Position numbers and translations under genes: made by a program. From Candidatus Poseidoniales archaeon (GTDB lineage Archaea > Thermoplasmatota > Poseidoniia > Poseidoniales > Thalassarchaeaceae), in assembly GCA_012960975.1 (NCBI GenBank), contig DUAE01000028.1:17927-81926 (forward strand): a DNA stretch of 64,000 nt, written 5' to 3'. This document shows positions 9,713-17,763 of this stretch, piece by piece. The notes beneath the pieces were generated by a model. It made no database searches, was not told where the DNA came from, and saw only the letters and a list, made by a program, of their open reading frames with translations. Each line of letters opens with the position of its first letter. The first letter of the stretch is position 1.

Positions 9713-10912
9713 TTAATGGAGTAAACCCCAAGCGTGTTCGGCATTTCCAACCAACCATTCATAATCTTTCAACGTGCGAAGACCCTGTTCGTCTAGAATC
9801 GCTATTCTCTCCACTTCAAGGGGATATTCATTGTAAGTTAAGTGGCTAACCATTCCAGCTCGAGTTGGTTGATCAAATGTCCATCGCGCGCGAGAAACAG
9901 CTCGGATTTCGACAGAAATTTGAGTTCTCCCATTCCAAATTCTAATTCTAAATCTAGGTAATGAATTTCCTTCTTCATCGCGTAGAGGGGTTTCTCCTTT
10001 CTTCGGCTCAATCAATTCAAGCTCACATCGTTTGAAATTCTCAGTTCTATCCCTCCGAGCATCATGAAAGATTCCGGTTCCAACATTTGGATTGCGGAAA
10101 ATATCACGAATCCTCCACGGTCTGTCGTCGACGTTGAAGCAAGTCATCGAGACATGGGGCATAAACCAATCTAGATAGGAACCATCATCAAAATGAAGCA
10201 TACCCCAAAACCAGGGGAAACTTGGAGCTTGAACGCTGACCTTCTGAAAATAGGCAGTACCATTCATCCTCTCTCCATCCACCAATAATTTTGCTTCTGT
10301 ACCTTGGATGCGGAGGATATCATAACCCATGTTAGCGAAGAAAATATTATTCCTATACGTAAGAGTGCTAGGTCGACCCCAAGTAGGTGTTAATTCTGCT
10401 TCAAAAGTAGCAGGGGCACCTTCTTTTCTAGATTTATCATCACTGACCAAATTTAACCAGAACCTCCTCTCGCCTTCATCTAACCCTATAGAAATATCTT
10501 CATCGGTGAACGGCACAACTGCTCCAGCACCGAGGCCACTTCCTTCACCAGGCCATAAAGGATGTTTATCATCAATCGAAGCCATTTTACATTCACGCAT
10601 TAGCATGGATTCGTACATTTTATCACCATCAAACCACCATGAACAAATCATTCCTGGAATGATATGACCACCATGTTCATCAATTTTTATTCTATATTTG
10701 GGATTCCACCAATAATCGTTTACCCGGATGATTGGAGTATCTTTTGATGACCAAAGAACCATCAATTGTTTTGATTTTTGAGGATCATCAGGATTCGGAA
10801 TGAAGATGATAACCCACCACCACCACCAAGAGAGACGGCGAAGAGGTGGCATGGCATCTAATCGCCATAAAGATGAAAAATCTCCGACAAACTTAGATAA
10901 TTTCTCTCTCAT
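9713..10912 (-). CDS. AttH/CrtC (hydroxyneurosporene synthase)-like beta-barrel protein; last gene of the ABC operon
   Basis: 399 aa. The N-terminal RLSWWWWWVIIF..LMVLW and GTAYFQKVSVQAPSFPWFWGMLHFDDGSYLDWF resemble the AttH/CrtC motifs EWWY... and G.AW.D.qW....W.Wf.l.l.DG. It starts 9 nt after the upstream permease stop. Confidence 0.45.
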   Translation of the reverse strand: MREKLSKFVGDFSSLWRLDAMPPLRRLSWWWWWVIIFIPNPDDPQKSKQLMVLWSSKDTPIIRVNDYWWNPKYRIKIDEHGGHIIPGMICSWWFDGDKMYESMLMRECKMASIDDKHPLWPGEGSGLGAGAVVPFTDEDISIGLDEGERRFWLNLVSDDKSRKEGAPATFEAELTPTWGRPSTLTYRNNIFFANMGYDILRIQGTEAKLLVDGERMNGTAYFQKVSVQAPSFPWFWGMLHFDDGSYLDWFMPHVSMTCFNVDDRPWRIRDIFRNPNVGTGIFHDARRDRTENFKRCELELIEPKKGETPLRDEEGNSLPRFRIRIWNGRTQISVEIRAVSRARWTFDQPTRAGMVSHLTYNEYPLEVERIAILDEQGLRTLKDYEWLVGNAEHAWGLLH

Positions 10913-10921
10913 TAAACCGCC

Positions 10922-12571
10922 TCACATGATTTCTCGGTTTCTGAAAACTGCCTGACCCATACCAACCATTAGTACGGTCACTACCAACAGTAGAACGATG
11001 CTCACAATCAAAGCAACTACTGGATTACCAGTCTGAAGTGTATGAACTGGAGGATGCCAAAACCAAGAAATTCCTGTTTCTAGATTGAATGCTGAAGACA
11101 TTTCTTGGTACTGTAATGTATCTGGCCAAACGATTAGTACTACTGCATCAATCATCTGTATCCCCCAATGTGAAACAGAGAGAACAGGAATCGTAGCATT
11201 TGGTATTGTAATCGTAAATAATCCCATTAAAAATTCCCACACACCGAAAATAATGCAGATGTAGACACCATATTTTGGAGAGATTAAGCCTAGGGTATTG
11301 AACACAGCACCGTAAGCAGCCAAAACGAGAATTGTTGCAAATGCAATTCCTAACCAAACAGGGAAATCCCCCAATCGAATAAGGTCGTCCCCTGGACCTA
11401 TGACTGAAGTGACTAGAGACATCATAAATACCATAATAAACACAAAAGTTCCTACCAAAGCCATGTAGCCTAATAACCGATAAAGAATGAATTCCGCACG
11501 ATGAATCGGTTTAGACAAGAGGTAATGCAAAGTGCCATTTTCTGTTTCATCACGGATTAAACCTAGGGCAAGGAATAAGGGTAAAAATAGTCCAAGAATC
11601 ATGACAAATGCAATTTTGCCAGTGCCAATAATGAAGGTGCGGTGACTTGATTCCCCGAGAAACTTAGAATCATCTGGATCTTCGTCGACGTTTGAATCAG
11701 CACTTATTGAAATAATTTCACCTAAATCATTCACAATCCAGATTACATCACAAGGAATTCCGTTACGATTTTGATCCATATTCTCTTGAATTGGGTTTCC
11801 TTGGGAATCTATCCAACCAATCTTCAAACAATCGCCATCGTCATCGAATCCCTGGCTTGAGGTTCCCAATTTGAAATCCCAATCAATGTCGTCTTCGTCA
11901 ATATACATCGAAGCCGGGTCAGGATCAATTTCAACATAGTCAGTCAATCGACCCCAACTAGCACTATATTGGTCTGGAACTTCAAGAGTCCCTTCGGCAA
12001 TAAATCCGATGCCATACATCAGATATGTACCATTATCAAATTTACAAGCAGTCTCCCACCTTAAGTTCGAATCAAAATCTAAATTCTCGTCAGAGCAAAC
12101 TTCAACATCGTTCCAATCTACAGTTTCCGACCACTGATCCCAAATAGGAGGGTCATGATTTATCCAAGTTGGTGTAAAATATCCAACAACATTTACCCAT
12201 GTATGATTCCCTGTATGAGTCCTCGGTTGATCATTCCAATCAATATCATTTTCAAAGATAAAATAAGGATATCCAGGGTAAGAAAATTCATTATAATTAT
12301 CCGTCCCATACCTATTTTCTTGCCCAATTGGATAACCGTCTCCATCAGGATCTTCACTATCACCATCATTATCTATAGAATCGAAATCATCTCGAATCGC
12401 ATCAATATAAAATGCTAGAAGCATCACCATGAGAAGCATTCCGACACCGAAGACAACCCAAGTAGACATCCTATGTCGTAGTTGACGAATAGTCAGTTCA
12501 ACGATTGCTCCGGCTTTGCGATCCAACCTGGTCCACACGGTTTCAGAAAGTGCTCTACCTTTCTCATCCAT
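10922..12571 (-). CDS. ABC-2-type transporter permease with large Asp-rich ectodomain
   Basis: 549 aa. TM1 lies at aa ~37-57 and is followed by a roughly 260-aa polar region containing DNDGDSEDPDGDG, DDDGDC and NVDEDPDD. Five or six C-terminal TM spans follow. The start ATG overlaps the upstream ATPase stop (TGATG) and is preceded by GGAGGTGA. Confidence 0.65.
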   Translation of the reverse strand: MDEKGRALSETVWTRLDRKAGAIVELTIRQLRHRMSTWVVFGVGMLLMVMLLAFYIDAIRDDFDSIDNDGDSEDPDGDGYPIGQENRYGTDNYNEFSYPGYPYFIFENDIDWNDQPRTHTGNHTWVNVVGYFTPTWINHDPPIWDQWSETVDWNDVEVCSDENLDFDSNLRWETACKFDNGTYLMYGIGFIAEGTLEVPDQYSASWGRLTDYVEIDPDPASMYIDEDDIDWDFKLGTSSQGFDDDGDCLKIGWIDSQGNPIQENMDQNRNGIPCDVIWIVNDLGEIISISADSNVDEDPDDSKFLGESSHRTFIIGTGKIAFVMILGLFLPLFLALGLIRDETENGTLHYLLSKPIHRAEFILYRLLGYMALVGTFVFIMVFMMSLVTSVIGPGDDLIRLGDFPVWLGIAFATILVLAAYGAVFNTLGLISPKYGVYICIIFGVWEFLMGLFTITIPNATIPVLSVSHWGIQMIDAVVLIVWPDTLQYQEMSSAFNLETGISWFWHPPVHTLQTGNPVVALIVSIVLLLVVTVLMVGMGQAVFRNREIM

Positions 12572-13515
12572 CAGGAATCACCTCCAACTAAATATCCGAG
12601 AAGAGATTCTAAATTGTCATCGGGATTATCAATTGAAGTTACTGCAATTTTTGATTCGACAATGACTCTTGGTAATACCGAATGAGCCTCTGAAAGATTG
12701 TTGGTTTGGATTTCAAGCTTGCCGTCCTCAGGGAATCGAACACCGTAAATTGGCTTCTCACCGATGAATGCGGAAGCTAATTTTCTTGGTTCATCCGTAG
12801 TCAACATAATTCTGTGAGGATGTTTATCCAATAATCCACGAATAGCATGTAAATTTCCAAGTGCAAGTAATCGACCATTGTGAAGAATTACGATTTGTTC
12901 AGTAATCCTTTCAATTTCTTCTAGAATATGGCTTGAGACGAGAACAGTCTTTCCTTGAGAACCAAGTTCCCTGATTACATTCATTATGCTGGTTCTAGCT
13001 ATAGGGTCACAACCATGCAATGGCTCATCTAGAATTATTAAATCCGGATCATGAACCAATGCATGTGCGATTTTTACCCGTTGTCTCATACCTTTGCTAT
13101 ACTTTCCAATTTCCTTATGCCGAACATCATGTAATCCTACGAAACGTAATACATGCTCCGCACGTTTATTCGCTTCGTCTCTTGTCATTCCATGAAGCCT
13201 TGCTAGAGTTGATACAAAATCTTGAGCTGTCATCCAATCATAGAGTCTTTCTGATTCACTAACATAACCGATTCTGCGATATGGAGATGTGTCTTTCCAT
13301 GGATCGATTCCGAAAAGGCGAACGCTGCCTTGGCTCGGTTTCAATCGACCCATTAAAAGTTTGAACAACGTTGATTTCCCAGCACCATTTGGCCCAAGAA
13401 TTCCCGTGACTCCCCCATCTATTGCTAAAGAAACATCATTTAATCCAATTACTTGATCATACCATTTCGAAGTATTTTCCATCAATACTGTTGGAATTAC
13501 TGTATCAACACTCAT
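12571..13515 (-). CDS. ABC transporter ATP-binding protein
   Basis: Walker A GPNGAGKST, signature YSKGMRQR and Walker B LIILDEP. Confidence 0.9.
   Translation of the reverse strand: MSVDTVIPTVLMENTSKWYDQVIGLNDVSLAIDGGVTGILGPNGAGKSTLFKLLMGRLKPSQGSVRLFGIDPWKDTSPYRRIGYVSESERLYDWMTAQDFVSTLARLHGMTRDEANKRAEHVLRFVGLHDVRHKEIGKYSKGMRQRVKIAHALVHDPDLIILDEPLHGCDPIARTSIMNVIRELGSQGKTVLVSSHILEEIERITEQIVILHNGRLLALGNLHAIRGLLDKHPHRIMLTTDEPRKLASAFIGEKPIYGVRFPEDGKLEIQTNNLSEAHSVLPRVIVESKIAVTSIDNPDDNLESLLGYLVGGDS
12578..12585 (-). promoter_or_regulatory. Shine-Dalgarno site (GGAGGTGA) for the ectodomain-bearing ABC-2 permease
   Basis: The minus strand reads GGAGGTGAttcctgATG, with 6-nt spacing to ATG 12571. Confidence 0.55.
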
Positions 13516-14531
13516 TCCCTAGTCACCTCCAATGAACTGACTCGAGTAGTCAGTATTCCGATAGAAATTGCGTTCATCAATAAGATTGAAACTATTGATA
13601 ATGACAACGGGTGATCATAATTCAATTCGATACCGAGGAGATATTGGCCGATATGAGCTAGACAATCGTACGGACTCAAAATATATAGAATTGAAGACCC
13701 GAATTGAGCATCGACCAATAATGCGACGAGTTTTGTGCCGTAGATTACGCTCAAGAATGCAATTGCAGAGAAAAATCTACTTTGACTTATACTAGATAGC
13801 GCTAATCCTATCGAAGTATAGGTGAAAACTAACAAAATTCCACAAAATAATCCGGCGATAAATAATGGCAGGGTGTCTACGAGATAAGCCCAGCCTTCTC
13901 CTCGGAAAACTATTGCAGCAGTGTAATATGCAACATAAGAAAAGATGATGACGAATCCTAATATTACTGCGACACTGATGAATTTCATTATCGTGTAATC
14001 GGTTCGAGTTACCGGTCTTGAGAAATATATCGCGCTAGTACCATTTCTTCTATCATCAGAGATCATACCACCTACAACCATCGCTGTTAAAAGCGGCCAA
14101 AAACATAAGTTTCGAGGAAAATATCCCAATACTTGCCCCCATAAATTATAACGATTCACACCCCACAACCTGGCTAGTTCATCTTCTGAACCCCCGAATA
14201 GAGAGGAAAGGAATAACATCGCGATTGGAGTAAGTGCACCGAGGAAAATTACAGCAATCGATAATCGTACAAAAGCATGATACTGACGATGACCCTTTGA
14301 GGTAAATAATCCGTAGACATGATGACGGAATATCGCATAATTTCTAATCCATCGAGGCCCTAATTCACCTTCCCATGGTCGGTATTTTTGTTCGAAAATT
14401 GCCCCCATTGAAGCTTCATGAGAGACGACTTTAGCCGAAGCTTCTTCGTCGCCATCCCCAGAGCCATAAGCCACTTCCATCCTAGTCAGGCCACCTTCCA
14501 AATTGACCTCGCCTTCAGAAATACTCATCAC
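13512..14531 (-). CDS. ABC-2-type transporter permease
   Basis: 339 aa with six hydrophobic spans. It overlaps the upstream ATPase by 17 nt and the downstream ATPase by 4 nt (ATGA). Confidence 0.65.
   Translation of the reverse strand: MMSISEGEVNLEGGLTRMEVAYGSGDGDEEASAKVVSHEASMGAIFEQKYRPWEGELGPRWIRNYAIFRHHVYGLFTSKGHRQYHAFVRLSIAVIFLGALTPIAMLFLSSLFGGSEDELARLWGVNRYNLWGQVLGYFPRNLCFWPLLTAMVVGGMISDDRRNGTSAIYFSRPVTRTDYTIMKFISVAVILGFVIIFSYVAYYTAAIVFRGEGWAYLVDTLPLFIAGLFCGILLVFTYTSIGLALSSISQSRFFSAIAFLSVIYGTKLVALLVDAQFGSSILYILSPYDCLAHIGQYLLGIELNYDHPLSLSIVSILLMNAISIGILTTRVSSLEVTRE
13523..13530 (-). promoter_or_regulatory. Shine-Dalgarno site (GGAGGTGA) for the second ABC ATPase
   Basis: The minus strand reads GGAGGTGActagggaATG, with 7-nt spacing to ATG 13515. 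Confidence 0.55.
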
Positions 14532-15513
14532 CTCCAGTATGTCCCTCAGTCATCAAATCCTTCGTACCCTTGACCTCTAGTCCCAATCGTTCCATGATTA
14601 ATAGGAAAATATCTTCAAGATCAGGTTTGTATTCGTTTAATTTACGTACTTGAACGTTACAATCTACTGCAGTGGATAAGATTAGATTGATTGTTTCAGG
14701 AGATTCTTGTTTGATCCTCATCACCCTTCCAAGCCGCCTAACCGACATTCCTCGTTTTTCTAATGCATTTTGCATCTTTGAAGATCCACCCCAAACTGAA
14801 ATCTCGATTTCGACATCAACCTGTTTCGCTAATTCATCGATTTGTCGATGAACTACAATTCTACCTTGATGGATCATTACAATATTTTCGCATACCTCTT
14901 GAATATCATCCATTACATGCCCACTCATCAAAACCGAACGACCACCATCTGTCACGGTTTTCCTCAACGTATCCAACATGAATGCACGGGCCCTCGAATC
15001 GAGCCCGTTCGTAGGTTCGTCACAAATCAATATATCAGGGTCATGAATCAATGCACACGCTAATTTAGTTGCCTGCTTCATTCCTGTGCTGAAGGTATCG
15101 ATTTTACGATATCGTTGATCTTTTAATCCAACATATTCCAAAACCTCATGAGCCCTTTGAGTCGCTTGTTTCGAATTCATGCCAAGTAATTCGCCCGAAT
15201 ATCGAACTTGATCAATGGCGTATAAATCCGGATCAAGTGAATCATATTCGGGCATATAACCGATTCTCGAGCGAATCATTTCACCTTGAGTCCGAATGTC
15301 ATAGCCGAGTACTCGGCCATCTCCAGACGTCGTCTTAATCAGACCGAGAATGCATTTGAAAAATGTCGATTTCCCAGCACCATTTGGCCCAAGGAAACCT
15401 GTTGCTCCTCTTTTTAATTTTAAATTAACACCATCTAGTGCCATGTGCGGGCCGTACATTTTCACGAGATCACTTGTCTCAATAACAAGGTCCGAATCAG
15501 ATGAAGTTACCAT
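14515..15513 (-). CDS. ABC transporter ATP-binding protein
   Basis: Walker A GPNGAGKST, signature FSTGMKQ and Walker B ILICDEPTNGLD. Confidence 0.9.
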   Translation of the reverse strand: MVTSSDSDLVIETSDLVKMYGPHMALDGVNLKLKRGATGFLGPNGAGKSTFFKCILGLIKTTSGDGRVLGYDIRTQGEMIRSRIGYMPEYDSLDPDLYAIDQVRYSGELLGMNSKQATQRAHEVLEYVGLKDQRYRKIDTFSTGMKQATKLACALIHDPDILICDEPTNGLDSRARAFMLDTLRKTVTDGGRSVLMSGHVMDDIQEVCENIVMIHQGRIVVHRQIDELAKQVDVEIEISVWGGSSKMQNALEKRGMSVRRLGRVMRIKQESPETINLILSTAVDCNVQVRKLNEYKPDLEDIFLLIMERLGLEVKGTKDLMTEGHTGGDEYF

Positions 15514-15575
15514 GGTTAGTCCGCCGACTCCTAAAGGAGTCGTGTAGCGCTCACACTGAAACCACTTGAATTAAT

Positions 15576-15596
15576 CCCCGGCGGGGCTGTCAAAAA
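15576..15596 (-). terminator. Possible tgtA terminator: T5 run directly after the stop plus a short GC hairpin
   Basis: The minus strand reads TAG-ATTTTTGACAG-CCCC-GCC-GGGG. Oligo-T tracts are the usual archaeal termination signal. Confidence 0.35.
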
Positions 15597-15597
15597 T

Positions 15598-17763
15598 CTA
15601 TTGATTATCCTTTAGAGCACCATCACGAACACGTACCGCGATGCCTTTAGTGAGGAAGGCCATCTCCCTAGCTCCTGTAACAGCGATTCCATGTGCGACC
15701 AAATCACCTTCAGAATCAACGACTAAACAAGGTTGGCCAGGAGTTAGATGAGGGTCGGCTCCAAGAACGTAACCTTGCATGACATTCCGACCAACTCCGA
15801 CGAATGGAATCGCATCATCACGTAATAAAACTCGAGCAATTCCAGGGTGGTCAACCTCCTCACCATCAAATTCTTCCCCAAATTCAAGAGGAGGTGAGGG
15901 ATTCAACAAATTGAGACGTCTAGCTCCAAATAATGTCAATGAAATTGCTCCATCCATCAAACGTGGAGAAAGAATGTGTTCATCATTTGAATGAACATTA
16001 ATCATTCGATCGGTTCTGGAACGGCGACTAAACATACCTTCAGTAATTTTACAACCATCATGAGGAGTAATTCCATTCAGAACCGATAATTTATCTACAA
16101 TCGTACATCGGTCGAGCCAATTTCGAATTTCAATAGTTTGGGCAGGATCGAAGTCAGAAATAGGGGCAGGGGTCAACCTCTCAACTGGCAATCCATCTAG
16201 CCCCAACTCGACTAAATCATCGATGATGTTTTCGATATCAGAGAATTCTGACCATATCTCATCACTACAATCAATGTGGCACCATGGTGAGACGTCTTCG
16301 AGAGAATATGGCAGTAATCCAATAGGTGTCGAGAGAAGAATTACTGACTTGGGAACTTCGATTAAAGATGATATTACTGTGTGTAATGCAGTTTCGCGCC
16401 AAGGGGGGGAAACGCCCTCAATTATCACCACTCGCTCTGGCTCACCTGTAGAAGAATCCCACCAACTTCCAGGTAAGCGCCACCTAGTCGCTAACAATGA
16501 TTCTAGATGTAAAATATGGGGCCTAAATTCAATATCTTCGGATAGATTTTCACCGCCATCTCGAATCGGATTTGTTGATGCAATACCTCGCAGTGAACTG
16601 ATTCCAATCGGACCCTCATCCGGTGATATCATTTGATCGATTACCCATAGAAAAGCTTCACGTAATTGAGGAGAAGCATGGCTTCTCTGCTCTGCTAGTT
16701 GCCAAATTTTTCCATTTCGAACAGCCTCTCTACAACGCGCCAATTCCGCTTGTGTAATCTCGAGATTGTGGTGAGCGATTAGAACACCCCGTTCTTTATC
16801 TCCCATTGCTCTAACTTCAGCAGGAGTTTTCCCAAATAATGCTGATGATGAAATTGGCCACTCAGTTAAATTAGCTAATTTTAGAGTGCCGGTTGGTGTC
16901 ATCAACCGATTATCCCTAGCAAAAAGTGCATACGCGGCTGAATCAAATAAATCCGTGCCGAGGGCGATAGCCAATGGGAATAACAGGGGGTGGCCGCAGC
17001 CGAATAGATGGATGGGTCGGTTTGGTGGAATCGTTGACCTCGCTGCTAGTAATATTTCGAATAATTCTCGGTATCTCTGCCGCTCCATCAATGGAACTAT
17101 CCCCCCGATTGGATGCACTGCAAAACCACGCACATCCCCTGTGACCTGCCCCATCTGCTCACCTGCAATTGCTCGTAAATCGGAGTATAATCCACCCTGA
17201 ATTGGCCCGTTAAGCAATAATTTTTCTCCTGCTAATTTCAATGAGATTGGAGCACGTGAAATTGTTTCTTCTACTGCGTGCTCGATTTGCTCACGTGTCA
17301 TGTCGGGTCTACCAAAAACGTCCAACATCGTACCGATATCTACGCCAAGGTTCTTTTGAAATTCGACAATTTCTTCAACACCAACCTCCACATCCCCATA
17401 AACATAGGATTGGAATGTACCTGAATCGGTCACGATTACTCCAGGGAAATCTAACAAGGCGTGAACACCATCTTTCAATCCAGGTTTGTGCAATCGATCA
17501 TGTTTCCATATAACATATGAATTTGTAATCAATCCTTCAATACCATATCGATCCCACATTTCACGAGGTTCAATCGTTCGAATATTAGGATTGACGACGG
17601 GTAAAAGCATTGGTGTATTTAGAACACCGTGTTTTGTGTGAAGTTTACCTAAACGCGCAGCACCATCTGCCTTGACAATTTCGAACTTTCCGAGGTCTTG
17701 AGGCCTACAGGGATTCGGGTCTGGTCTGTTACTCACAAAGGCATTGCGAGGACAATTGGTCAT
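15598..17763 (-). CDS. tgtA: Archaeosine tRNA-guanine transglycosylase with C-terminal PUA domain
   Basis: Motifs: FEIVKADGAARLGKLHTKHGVLNTPMLLPVVNP, VTDSGTFQ, HLFGCGHP and DLFDSAAY, plus a PUA-like C-terminus (GQPCLVVDSEGDLVAHGIAV). ATG at 17763 overlaps the upstream stop (TGATG). Confidence 0.9.
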   Translation of the reverse strand: MTNCPRNAFVSNRPDPNPCRPQDLGKFEIVKADGAARLGKLHTKHGVLNTPMLLPVVNPNIRTIEPREMWDRYGIEGLITNSYVIWKHDRLHKPGLKDGVHALLDFPGVIVTDSGTFQSYVYGDVEVGVEEIVEFQKNLGVDIGTMLDVFGRPDMTREQIEHAVEETISRAPISLKLAGEKLLLNGPIQGGLYSDLRAIAGEQMGQVTGDVRGFAVHPIGGIVPLMERQRYRELFEILLAARSTIPPNRPIHLFGCGHPLLFPLAIALGTDLFDSAAYALFARDNRLMTPTGTLKLANLTEWPISSSALFGKTPAEVRAMGDKERGVLIAHHNLEITQAELARCREAVRNGKIWQLAEQRSHASPQLREAFLWVIDQMISPDEGPIGISSLRGIASTNPIRDGGENLSEDIEFRPHILHLESLLATRWRLPGSWWDSSTGEPERVVIIEGVSPPWRETALHTVISSLIEVPKSVILLSTPIGLLPYSLEDVSPWCHIDCSDEIWSEFSDIENIIDDLVELGLDGLPVERLTPAPISDFDPAQTIEIRNWLDRCTIVDKLSVLNGITPHDGCKITEGMFSRRSRTDRMINVHSNDEHILSPRLMDGAISLTLFGARRLNLLNPSPPLEFGEEFDGEEVDHPGIARVLLRDDAIPFVGVGRNVMQGYVLGADPHLTPGQPCLVVDSEGDLVAHGIAVTGAREMAFLTKGIAVRVRDGALKDNQ

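Noticed and set aside
10814-10828. A (CCA)5 / (TGG)5 trinucleotide run encoding WWWWW at the N-terminus of the AttH-like protein.
   Set aside because: It is in frame and short. It most likely just forms part of the hydrophobic, aromatic N-terminal segment. There is no evidence of variability from a single sequence.
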